A stretch of 64,000 nt of DNA from Planctomycetes bacterium ADurb.Bin069. GTDB lineage: Bacteria; Planctomycetota; UBA8108; UBA8890; UBA8898. Position numbers and translations under genes: made by a program. The stretch covers positions 78,574 through 142,573 of the forward strand of contig MWEK01000007.1 in NCBI GenBank assembly GCA_002070955.1, given 5' to 3'. Shown here in pieces: positions 9,507 through 18,233 of the stretch. Positions within the stretch are counted from its first letter, which is position 1. Each line of letters begins with the position of its first letter. The notes under the pieces are model-generated. The model saw only the letters and a program-made list of their open reading frames with translations, was not told the origin of the DNA and did no database searches.

Positions 9507-11234
9507 GTGAGCACCGCACCGACCCGCCTCTCCCTGCTCAGCGCCGGTTCCGATCCCGGCGAGCAGTACAGCCCCGTGCCGCCCGGTTACACGCCCGGCA
9601 CGACGAAGTACATCGTCATCACGGGCAGCGTCATGAGCGGCCTGGGGAAGGGCATCTTCTCCTCCGGCCTGGCCCGGTTGCTGGAGGACTGCGGGCTGCG
9701 CACCAACCTCATCAAGATGGACGGCTACTTCAACGAGGATGCCGGGACGCTCAGCCCCTACCGGCACGGCGAGGCGTTCGTGCTGGAGGACGGCACGGAG
9801 TGCGACATGGACGTCGGCACGTACGAGCGCTTCGTCAACAAGAGCTTCTCGAGCCTCAACATTTTCACCAACGGGCGCCTCACGCAGAAGGTCCACGAAT
9901 TGGAGCGCGGCGGCCGCTTCGCGGGCTCCGACGTGCAGTTCTACCCCCACGTAACGGGAGAAGTGATCCGCTTCGTGCGGGAATCCGCCCTCGCTTACAA
10001 GGCCGATGTCACCCTGGTCGAAATCGGCGGCACCGTCGGCGATGAGGAGAACCGCACCTACATCTCCGCCATGGGCGACCTGGCCTATCGCGAAGGCGAG
10101 CGCAACGTATACTTCATCAACCTGGTCTGGATCATCGAGGCCGCCCACCTCAGGGAGCAGAAGAGCAAGGCCGCGCAGCACGGAACGGCGCTGCTCATGC
10201 AGATGGGGATCAAGCCCCACATGCTCGTGTGCCGGGCCGAGCACGAGCTGCAGCCCGGCGTCCAGCACAAGCTGGCCGACCGCCTCCGCATCCCCCGCGC
10301 GAACGTCATCGATCTGCACAACCTGGAGACGATCTACCTGGTGCCGCAGCACCTGCGCCGCCAGAAGGTGGACCGGATCGTGCTGGATTATTTCGGTCAG
10401 GGCAGGCGCGCCGCGGGAGTCGAAGATCCGGCCTGGGCGCAATATGTGAAGGACTTCCTGGCGCCGAAGGACGAGATCCGGATCGGCCTGGCGGGGACGT
10501 ACATGGGACCGCGCGACATGTACGCCAGCATCCACAACGCCTTCGAGCACGCGGGCATCCGCGTTCGCACGCGGGTGCGCGTCGTGGACGTTCCTTCCGA
10601 CCGGATCGAGGACGGCCCCGCCGGCGAGATCGGCGAACGCGCCGCGGCGCAGCTTCGCGGCCTGGACGGCATCCTGGTGCCGAGCGACTTCGGCCGGCGC
10701 GGCCTCGAGGGCGGGATCGCGTGCATTCGGCACGCGCGCGCCCACGGTCTGCCCTTCCTCGGCATCTGCCACGGCTTCCAAGCCGCCATCATCGAGTTCG
10801 CGCGCTCGGCGCTCGGCCTGGCGCAGGCCCACACCACCGAGATCGCTCCCGACACTCCCGACCCGGTCATCCGGCTCCTGCTCGAGCAGTACGAGGCCGA
10901 GGGTATCAGCGGCGGCATGCGCCTGGGGAAACGCCGCGTGGAGCTGCTCCCCGGCTCCCTCGCCGCGCAAATCTACGGCGGCACGGAGGCTTTCGAACGC
11001 TTCCGCCACCGCTACGAGTTCAACCCGGCCTACCGGGAGCGCTTCGCGGAGAAGGGCATGGTGTTCTCGGGGTGGATTCCCGATCATCCCGTCATGCAGA
11101 TCGCGGAGCTTCCCGGCCACCCCTTCTTCCTCGGCGTCCAGTTCCACCCGGAGTTCACCAGCCGCCCCGTCAATCCGAGCCCCGTCTTCGTAGGCTTCGT
11201 CAAGGCCTGTATCGAGCATGCGGCGCGGCGCTGA
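9507..11234 (+). CDS. pyrG: CTP synthase
   Basis: TKYIVITGSVMSGLGKGIFSS synthetase N-terminus. C-terminal glutamine amidotransferase with LGICHGFQ and FLGVQFHPEF. GTG 9507 chosen because of the AGGAGG 8 nt upstream; this gives a ~33-aa N-terminal extension, so the start is uncertain. Confidence 0.9.
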   Translation: MSTAPTRLSLLSAGSDPGEQYSPVPPGYTPGTTKYIVITGSVMSGLGKGIFSSGLARLLEDCGLRTNLIKMDGYFNEDAGTLSPYRHGEAFVLEDGTECDMDVGTYERFVNKSFSSLNIFTNGRLTQKVHELERGGRFAGSDVQFYPHVTGEVIRFVRESALAYKADVTLVEIGGTVGDEENRTYISAMGDLAYREGERNVYFINLVWIIEAAHLREQKSKAAQHGTALLMQMGIKPHMLVCRAEHELQPGVQHKLADRLRIPRANVIDLHNLETIYLVPQHLRRQKVDRIVLDYFGQGRRAAGVEDPAWAQYVKDFLAPKDEIRIGLAGTYMGPRDMYASIHNAFEHAGIRVRTRVRVVDVPSDRIEDGPAGEIGERAAAQLRGLDGILVPSDFGRRGLEGGIACIRHARAHGLPFLGICHGFQAAIIEFARSALGLAQAHTTEIAPDTPDPVIRLLLEQYEAEGISGGMRLGKRRVELLPGSLAAQIYGGTEAFERFRHRYEFNPAYRERFAEKGMVFSGWIPDHPVMQIAELPGHPFFLGVQFHPEFTSRPVNPSPVFVGFVKACIEHAARR

Positions 11235-11321
11235 TCGCCGCCTCCGCGCCCGCCCCCGCTGACGGGCGCGCCCGCCGGCCGCGACGTCCGGTCTTCGCTT
11301 TTCCCCGCGCGGCCTAGAAGG

Positions 11322-11350
11322 TTGTAGCGCCCCGCCGCACCCCCTACAAT
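11322..11350 (+). promoter_or_regulatory. sigma70-like promoter for the giant LTD-CotH gene
   Basis: TTGTAG (11322-11327), 17 nt, TACAAT (11345-11350). Confidence 0.4.
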
Positions 11351-11431
11351 CGCTCGATGGGGCTGCGTGCCGCGGCAGCCGCAATGAGGATCCGCCATTA
11401 TCGCGCATTCATTTCGATGGCAGGACGGACC

Positions 11432-14400
11432 ATGGTACGAATCACGGCCTTGTGCATGCTTCTGGGCGCATCAGCCTGGCCGCTGACCATCACGGAAGTC
11501 CACTACAACCCCCCAGCCCGCGACGGAGACTGCGAGTTCATCGAGCTCTTCAACGAGAGCTGCACGGTCGCCGATCTGAGCGGGTTCAGGTTCTCCCGCG
11601 GCATCGCGTACGTCTTCCCGAACGGGACGCACCTGGACCCCGGCGGGTACCTGGTCCTCGCCGTCAATGCCGCCGCGTTCCAAGCGCGCTACGGCTTCGC
11701 TCCGGACGGCGTCTACACGGGCCGGCTGGATTCCAGCGGCGAGACGATCACCCTGGAGAACGACGCCTGGTCGGTCGACGCTTCCGGCGGCGACCTCCAC
11801 TCCGGTTGCCGCCTGATCAACTTCACGTACAACGATCGCGGCAAGTGGCCCGCGGCCTGCGACGGAACGGGGCACTCCCTCAGCCTGCTCGATCCCTTCC
11901 TGGACCCGGACGACGCCGCGAGCTGGGCGCCCAGCCCCGTCCTGGGCGGCACGCCCCGCGCGGACAACGGCCTCGCGCGCGACCAGGCGACGACCTTGGT
12001 GGAGCAGGCAAGCACCTGGCGCTACTTCAAGGGGACGGGCGCGCCGCCCTCCAACTGGAACGCGCGCACTTTCGATGACGGCGCCTGGCTGAACGGTCGG
12101 GCGGGATTCGGCTACGGGGACAATGACGACAATACCGTTCTGAGCGACATGCGGAACGCGTACCTCTCGGTCTACATCCGCCGCGGGTTTACGGTGGCCG
12201 ATCCCTCCCGTGTCCAGACCCTCAGGCTGGAAGCCTGGTTCGACGACGGATTCGTAGCCTATCTGAACGGCACCGAGGTCGCCCGCAAGAACGTCAACGG
12301 AACCCCGCCCGCCTACAACGTCCCCGCCACCGCCTCCCACGAGGCCGCGGCGTGGGAGAGCTTCGACCTCTCCACACTCCGCGGTCTCCTGGTTCCAGGC
12401 GCCAACGTCCTGGCGGCCTGCGGGTTCAACCGCACCCTGAACGGCGACGACTTCTCTCTCGACATCCGACTCTTGGGCACGCTCTCCTCCGCCGCCGGCG
12501 GCGCGATCGTCATCAACGAATGCCTTTACACGGGCTTCGCGCGCCATTTCGTCGAGCTGTACAACCCCGGCGACCAACCAATCGACCTGGGCGGCTACTA
12601 TCTCAGCGACAAGGGCAACGTGCTGGACAAGAAGCGAATTCCGGACGGGACCCGGCTGCCCGCCCGGGGGTACCTCGTCTTCTACGAGGACGAACTCGGC
12701 TTCCCCCTCATGATCGACATCGACGCCGCGGGCACGCCGAACCTGCACATCTTCCTCACGGCGCCCGATCTCTCCCGCGTGGTTGCGGCGGAGAGTTTCG
12801 ACGCCAAGATCGAGGAAGGTCATTCCCGCGGGCGCCGGCCCGACGGCCACGAGAGCTGGTGGTCCTGCGCCTCCCCCACGCCCGGCGCCGCGAACCAGGT
12901 CGCCGTGGAGACAAATCTCGTCATCAATGAGATCATGTACCATCCGTCCGCCCCCGAGGATCCCTACGGCGCCGACGGCGGCGACGCCGACGACCTGGAG
13001 TACCTCGAGCTGTACAACCGCGGCGAGGCGCCGATCGAGCTTACGGGCGTTCATTTCGACAAGGGCCTTGAGTTCGCGTTCCAACCCGGCGATGCGCTGG
13101 CGGCGGGACAGTACCTTGTCATCGCCCGCAACCCGGCGCGCTTCCGAGAGGTCTACGGCGACCTGCCTAACCTGTACGGGCCCTACGCCGGCAAGCTCGC
13201 CGACGGCGGCGAGCGGATTCGAATCGTCGACGCCTTCGGCAACAGGATAAATGAAGTGCGGTACCGCGACGGCGGCCGCTGGCCCCGTTGGGCCGACGGC
13301 AGGGGCGCGAGCCTGGAGCTGGTCGATGCGCGCCAAGACAACTCCCTTTGCACCGCGTGGGAAGCCAGCACCAACCCGGGCGAATGGGTCGAGGTCGTCT
13401 ACAACGGCACACACCGAAGCGTCATCGACAGCCAGGTCGGCGAGAGCGAGTTCCAGATGTGCCTCATGACGGCGGGCGAGGTGCTCGTCGACGAGATCTT
13501 CCTCGGCGACACGCTCGTCTCGGCCAACAAGATCGCCAACGGCACCTTCGACGCCTCGACCGCGGGCTGGGTGATCCAGGGCACCCACCGCGACAGCGCC
13601 CGCACCGCCGCCGATGCCGCCGCCGGCGCCGGCGCGCTCAAGATCGTCGCGACCGGCCGCGGCGACAACCGCTGCAACCGCATCGAGTGCAACACGCAGC
13701 CCCTCGTCCCCGGCGGCACCAATTACGTGCGCTACCGCGCCAAATGGCTGCGCGGTTCGAACCTGATCATGACGCGCACGCACCGCCACGGCGTCGCCAG
13801 AACGACGCCGATCCCCATGGCGCGCCGCATCGGCACGCCCGGCGCCCCGAACTCGGCGGCGCGGAGCAACCAGGGACCGGTGTACGACGACCTGGCGCAG
13901 ACGCCGGCCATGCCCGCCTCATCCACGCCCGTCGTGATCACCGTCCGCGCCCACGACGCGGACGGCATCCGGTCCCTGAACATCCGGCACCGCGCCGACG
14001 GAACCGGAACTTTCGCCTCGGCCCCCATGTACGACGACGGCGCCCACGGCGACGGCTTGGCCGGAGACGGCCTTTACAGCGGCGTCGTGCCGGCCTACGC
14101 CGCCAACACGATCGTACAGTTCTACATCGAGGGCACCGACGACTCCCCCGCCCGCAACACCACGACGTTTCCCCCGGAGGGCGCGGCCAAGCCGTGGGTC
14201 TGGGTGGTCAAGGACAAGGTCTACACGGGCCGCCGCCAGCACTACCACCTCGTCATGAGCGCGGCCGACTACGCCATGCTGTCCGGCAACGCCAGCCGCG
14301 GCGAGGCCATGTCCAACTACCTGTGGCCCGCCTCGCTCGCCGCCAACACCGCGCGCATTCACCACGGCATCGGCGTGCGCTACCGCGGCAGCCCCTGGAT

Positions 14401-17206
14401 CCGCCCCGGCAACCCCGAGGCGGGCTACCGCTTCCGCTTCAACCGCGACGACCTGCTCTACGGCCTGCACTACGAGATCAACCTGGACCGCAACGACAAC
14501 GACGGCACGCGCCAGAAGGATCGCACCGCGTCGTACCTGATGCGCAAGCTCGGCGCCCCGGACCCCGATGTCAAGCTGCCCTACAATCGGTGCGAGTACA
14601 TTGCCTTGCAAGTCAACAACTCCGACAAGGGCGGCTACGAGCAGATTCAGAAAATCGACGGCGACTATCTGGAGTACTGGTGGCGCGGCAACGACCGGGG
14701 CAATTGCTATAAGGTCGATGATTGGTTCGAATCCTTCAACGACGCCAATCCCAGCAAGATCCTCACCGCGAACCTCACCTACCGCGGCGAGGACAAGGAG
14801 GCCTACCGCTGGTTCTTCAGCCTGCGGACCAATGAACAGCTCGATGACTACGTCCCGCTCATCGAGCTTTGCCGCAACCTTCAGCAGTACACCCTCGCCG
14901 ACCTGGACACAGCGGCGGCGACCCTCATGGATGTGCCGGAATGGGCCGGCATCCTCGCCGTCAGGTTCTTCATCGGCGACTGGGACACCCTGGGCTTCGA
15001 CCGCGGCAAGAACGCGTACCTGTACTTCCCGCCCGGGGAGGGCGCCAAACTCATCCCCTGGGACTCCGATCTGACCTTCCAGGGCGGTTACGTCGGCGCC
15101 AAGCTTTACCCCGAGGCGGGCGGCGGCGATGCTTACTTCCCCAATCTGGCCAAGGTTTTCCAGCGGCCCTGGGCCCGCCGCCTCATGAACCAGAACTACG
15201 CCTACCTCATCGGCGCGGACGGCCCCGCGAACCGCGCCAACCTGGACTGGATTCTCGATGCCACCGCCGCGCAGGCCGAGTTGGGAAGCCCCGCGGAGAT
15301 CAAGAGCTTCGTCGCCAACCGCGCCGCCACGGTGCGATCGCTTCTTTCCACCGCCGTGTTCCAGATCACCGAACCGAACGGCGGGGCGGACTTCACCAGC
15401 TCCTCGGCGCCGGTCGTGATCCGCGGCAGGGCGCCCAGCGAGGTCGACCGTATTCTCGTCAACGCCCGGGACGAGACGCCGTACCTGCGCTGGCCGGCGC
15501 TCGACACGTGGGAACTCACGCTGCCCCTGACCAACGGTTCCGTGCGGTACACCTTCACGGCCTACAACCGCGCCGGCAGGCAGATCGGCGTCGATTCCAT
15601 CGTCATCACCTTCGGCGGCCCCGTCGGGCCGCGGATTCTGGGTTTCCAGCCCAAGCGGGGGACCACGATGGGCGGGTACGAAATCGCGGTCTCCGCCGCC
15701 GATTTCTACGAGCCCGTCCAGGTCGCCGTCGGCGGCAAGGCCTGCGCGTCGTGCCGCGTCGAGGGCGGCCTCGTCAAGGCCGTCGTGCCCCCGGGCGCGG
15801 GCTTCGCCTCCGTGACGCTCACCAGCGGCAACGGTCTTACGGACACCGCCGCGGAACGATTCTGGTACGTGGCGCCGGCGCCGCCCTTCGGCCTAACCTT
15901 CATGCCCACGCGCGGCTCGGCGGAGGGCGACGCCGCGATCTCCATCCTCGGCTCCAACTTCGCCCAGGGGGCGCGGGTCTATTTCGGCGACCGCGAATCG
16001 CCGTCGGTGCTCTTCGTGTCGCCCCAGGAACTTCGGGCCGTCATCCCGCCGCCGGCGCCGGGCATCATGCGGGTGCGCATCAAAATCGTCAGCGCCGAGG
16101 GTCTGGCCAGCCTCATCTCGTCGCCGTACTTCGAGTACGATCCGGGCCCGGCGCCGATCATCACGGACCTGTCGCCGGACCAGGGCTCCACGGGAGGAGG
16201 CACCGAAGTCGTCATTTCGGGCGCCAACTTCGCCGCCGACCCGGCGGCGATCACCGTCCGATTCGACGCCGCCCCGGCCCACGTGCTCGAGGCCGCCGCG
16301 ACGCGGCTCAGGGTGCTCTCTCCGCCCCACGCCGCGGGCGCGGTCGCCGTCCAGATCGTCAACCCCGACGGCGGCTCGGGCCAGGCCGCGGGCGCTTTCA
16401 CGTACAAAAGCGTGCCGGTGCGAGTCGACGCGTTCACCCCCGAGTGCGGGCCGCCGGAGGGCGGCAACGCGGTGCATATCCTGGGCGACGGATTCGGAGG
16501 ATCGTCCGTCGTGGTCCTGTTTGGAGCGTCCGTCGCCGAAACCGTCTCCGCCACGGCGCGCGAGATCGTCGTCCTCGCCCCCGCCGGCGTGGGCACCGTC
16601 GCGATCTCGGTCTACAATCCCGACAACGAGTTCGCGACGGCGCCCCTCCAATACGCTTACACGGGCGACTGCCGGCCGGAGATCGAGTCGCTCGATCCGG
16701 CGTACGGCCCCGAGGAGGGCGGAACCCGCGTGACGATCCGCGGCCGGAATCTCTCGCCGCTGCCTTACATCACGCAGGTGATGTTCGGGACCGGCTCGGC
16801 GGAGATCGTCCCGGGCGGCACCTCGCGCGAGGTCGTGGTGGTGACCCCGCCCGGCAACGGCACGGTCGATGTGCTCTTCGTGAATCCCGACTCGAGCTTC
16901 GTCATGCTGGCGAACGCCTTCCGCTACGGGACAGGCTCCCCCGTCGACGCCCGGTTCCTCCGCGGCGATGCCAACCGCGACGGCAAGCGCGATGTGGCCG
17001 ACGCGATCAAGATCCTGGGGTATCTCTTCTCGTCCGATCCCCTCAAATGCTTGGACGCCGCCGATGCCAATGACGATGGGCGCATCGACATCGCCGATGC
17101 GATCCGGCTGCTGGGCACCCTCTTCGGAGGCGCCGGCCCGCTGCCGCCGCCGTACACGGCGCCCGGCCCGGACCCGACGCCGGATTTGCTGGACTGCGCC
17201 GAGTGA
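11432..17206 (+). CDS. giant secreted protein: 3x lamin-tail (LTD) domains, CotH kinase-like domain, 5x IPT/TIG repeats, C-terminal dockerin
   Basis: Signal peptide MVRITALCMLLGASAW. LTD signatures at ~11480, ~12500 and ~12915: ITEVHYNP..EFIELFN, VINECLY..FVELYNPG and VINEIMYHP..YLELYNRG. CotH-like core at ~14240-15100 (HYHLVMS, GVRYRGSPW, YKVDDWFE). IPT repeats and a dockerin pair at the C-terminus. ATG 11417 or 11357 are alternative starts. Confidence 0.85.
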   Translation: MVRITALCMLLGASAWPLTITEVHYNPPARDGDCEFIELFNESCTVADLSGFRFSRGIAYVFPNGTHLDPGGYLVLAVNAAAFQARYGFAPDGVYTGRLDSSGETITLENDAWSVDASGGDLHSGCRLINFTYNDRGKWPAACDGTGHSLSLLDPFLDPDDAASWAPSPVLGGTPRADNGLARDQATTLVEQASTWRYFKGTGAPPSNWNARTFDDGAWLNGRAGFGYGDNDDNTVLSDMRNAYLSVYIRRGFTVADPSRVQTLRLEAWFDDGFVAYLNGTEVARKNVNGTPPAYNVPATASHEAAAWESFDLSTLRGLLVPGANVLAACGFNRTLNGDDFSLDIRLLGTLSSAAGGAIVINECLYTGFARHFVELYNPGDQPIDLGGYYLSDKGNVLDKKRIPDGTRLPARGYLVFYEDELGFPLMIDIDAAGTPNLHIFLTAPDLSRVVAAESFDAKIEEGHSRGRRPDGHESWWSCASPTPGAANQVAVETNLVINEIMYHPSAPEDPYGADGGDADDLEYLELYNRGEAPIELTGVHFDKGLEFAFQPGDALAAGQYLVIARNPARFREVYGDLPNLYGPYAGKLADGGERIRIVDAFGNRINEVRYRDGGRWPRWADGRGASLELVDARQDNSLCTAWEASTNPGEWVEVVYNGTHRSVIDSQVGESEFQMCLMTAGEVLVDEIFLGDTLVSANKIANGTFDASTAGWVIQGTHRDSARTAADAAAGAGALKIVATGRGDNRCNRIECNTQPLVPGGTNYVRYRAKWLRGSNLIMTRTHRHGVARTTPIPMARRIGTPGAPNSAARSNQGPVYDDLAQTPAMPASSTPVVITVRAHDADGIRSLNIRHRADGTGTFASAPMYDDGAHGDGLAGDGLYSGVVPAYAANTIVQFYIEGTDDSPARNTTTFPPEGAAKPWVWVVKDKVYTGRRQHYHLVMSAADYAMLSGNASRGEAMSNYLWPASLAANTARIHHGIGVRYRGSPWIRPGNPEAGYRFRFNRDDLLYGLHYEINLDRNDNDGTRQKDRTASYLMRKLGAPDPDVKLPYNRCEYIALQVNNSDKGGYEQIQKIDGDYLEYWWRGNDRGNCYKVDDWFESFNDANPSKILTANLTYRGEDKEAYRWFFSLRTNEQLDDYVPLIELCRNLQQYTLADLDTAAATLMDVPEWAGILAVRFFIGDWDTLGFDRGKNAYLYFPPGEGAKLIPWDSDLTFQGGYVGAKLYPEAGGGDAYFPNLAKVFQRPWARRLMNQNYAYLIGADGPANRANLDWILDATAAQAELGSPAEIKSFVANRAATVRSLLSTAVFQITEPNGGADFTSSSAPVVIRGRAPSEVDRILVNARDETPYLRWPALDTWELTLPLTNGSVRYTFTAYNRAGRQIGVDSIVITFGGPVGPRILGFQPKRGTTMGGYEIAVSAADFYEPVQVAVGGKACASCRVEGGLVKAVVPPGAGFASVTLTSGNGLTDTAAERFWYVAPAPPFGLTFMPTRGSAEGDAAISILGSNFAQGARVYFGDRESPSVLFVSPQELRAVIPPPAPGIMRVRIKIVSAEGLASLISSPYFEYDPGPAPIITDLSPDQGSTGGGTEVVISGANFAADPAAITVRFDAAPAHVLEAAATRLRVLSPPHAAGAVAVQIVNPDGGSGQAAGAFTYKSVPVRVDAFTPECGPPEGGNAVHILGDGFGGSSVVVLFGASVAETVSATAREIVVLAPAGVGTVAISVYNPDNEFATAPLQYAYTGDCRPEIESLDPAYGPEEGGTRVTIRGRNLSPLPYITQVMFGTGSAEIVPGGTSREVVVVTPPGNGTVDVLFVNPDSSFVMLANAFRYGTGSPVDARFLRGDANRDGKRDVADAIKILGYLFSSDPLKCLDAADANDDGRIDIADAIRLLGTLFGGAGPLPPPYTAPGPDPTPDLLDCAE
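15620..16920 (+). repeat. five tandem IPT/TIG-type Ig-like repeats (protein-level repeat inside the giant gene)
   Basis: Repeating ~85-aa units, each starting P(R/I)I..(F/L).P..G...GG..(V/I).I.G..F: PRILGFQPKRGTTMGGYEIAV, FGLTFMPTRGSAEGDAAISI, PIITDLSPDQGSTGGGTEVVI, VRVDAFTPECGPPEGGNAVHI, PEIESLDPAYGPEEGGTRVTI. Boundaries are approximate. Confidence 0.7.
16955..17130 (+). other. dockerin-type duplicated Ca-binding (EF-hand-like) module
   Basis: GDANRDGKRDVADAIKILGYLF ... ADANDDGRIDIADAIRLLGTLF. Two D-x-N-x-D-G-x-x-D loops, each followed by a helix. Confidence 0.7.
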
Positions 17207-17236
17207 CGGCCGGGCGCGCGAGCCGGCGCGCGGCGC

Positions 17237-18229
17237 TCAGGCCGCCGTGAGGCGCAGCAGGCGGTGGTAGAAGGCGGGCAAGGTGTCCTGGTGCCGTCCC
17301 TCGATGTGGAACCCCTTGCCGCCGAGGCTCGCCGGCCGGACGACGATGTTCTTCCACGGCCGGTAGTAGAACTCCGGCCGCACCTCGCTCGTCACGGGCG
17401 CCGTGCGGTATTCTCCCAGGGGCACGATGTCGAAGTTCGCGGTGGTCAGGCGATCCACCGGATGCCCGAGGTTGCGCGCCACCGCCAGCGCCTTCAGGAA
17501 CACCTCCGGCCCCGTGACCGCGCTCCCGAAGTTCAGCAAGACGCCCCCCGCCAGCATGCTCACCGTGCGGCAGTAGATCTTGAAGTCGGCTCCGCTGGCC
17601 GCGCCGATGGCGCCGAAGTCCGCCGCGGGGTGCTGGTGGACGATATCGGCGCCGATGGACACGTGGACCGTGAAGGGAACGCCCGCCCGGCGGGCCTGCC
17701 AGAGGAGCGACATCTCCCGGCGCGGGAAGCGGTCGGGGTGCGCCTCGATGTACTCCCCGAGGGCGCGCCCGTAGCCCCGCGCCGGATCCGGCGCGAGCGC
17801 CTCCTGCATCCAACGCCCCGTCTCCTCCCACATCCCGAAGGTGCCTCGTTCGATGCCCTCCGCCACCGACTCGCTCGTCGCGCCGAGCATCGCGAACTCG
17901 AAGTCGTGAATCGCGACGGCGCCGTTGCCGGCAAGATGGGACACCAGACCGCGGCGCAGGAGATCGAGGATGTACGGCGCCAGGCCCGTCTTGATGACGT
18001 GGGCGCCCAACGACCAGACCAGCAGCGCGCCGGCCCGCGCCGCCGCCGCCGCCCGGCCGGCCAGTTCCTCCAGCTCCGGGTGATCCCAGGCGGGCGGGGG
18101 CGCGGCGATGTCGGCCAGCGCCGCGGCGGTGACCAGGTTGTGGCGCCTCGCGATGGGAAGGGTCCTGATCCGGCCGAAATCCAGCGGCGTGCCGAGCGCG
18201 CCGCGCTCCTCGCCGGGCACCAGCGCCAC
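17237..18229 (-). CDS. deoxyhypusine synthase-like (DHS-like NAD-binding fold) protein
   Basis: 330 aa, with GTG start 4 nt after the EF-G-like stop. Blocks SLGAHVIKTGLAPYILDLLRRGLVSHLAGNGAVAIHDF, GVPFTVHVSIGADIVHQH, GGVLLNFGSAVTGPEVFLKA and RPWKN align by eye with the DHS blocks TSNLISSGIRETIRYLV..VLVTTAGGVEEDL, IPVFSPALTDGSLGDM, ILGGGVVKHHI and SWGK. Family assignment is from memory only. Confidence 0.5.
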   Translation of the reverse strand: MALVPGEERGALGTPLDFGRIRTLPIARRHNLVTAAALADIAAPPPAWDHPELEELAGRAAAAARAGALLVWSLGAHVIKTGLAPYILDLLRRGLVSHLAGNGAVAIHDFEFAMLGATSESVAEGIERGTFGMWEETGRWMQEALAPDPARGYGRALGEYIEAHPDRFPRREMSLLWQARRAGVPFTVHVSIGADIVHQHPAADFGAIGAASGADFKIYCRTVSMLAGGVLLNFGSAVTGPEVFLKALAVARNLGHPVDRLTTANFDIVPLGEYRTAPVTSEVRPEFYYRPWKNIVVRPASLGGKGFHIEGRHQDTLPAFYHRLLRLTAA

Positions 18230-18233
18230 GGGG

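Noticed and set aside
9126-11408. 760-aa minus-strand ORF (similar cases: 11471-13789, 20189-22999, 23614-25770, 28708-29517)
   Set aside because: These are antisense shadows of pyrG and, respectively, the LTD-CotH giant, the PfkB/folK/TrmH region, hypF and PurO. In each case the opposite strand encodes a recognisable conserved protein.
14724-14734. GGTTCGAATCC, a tRNA T-loop-like string
   Set aside because: The flanking bases (ATTGG / CCTTC) cannot form a T-stem, and no acceptor or anticodon arms are present. The string lies in frame inside the CotH-domain coding region (..DDWFESF..).
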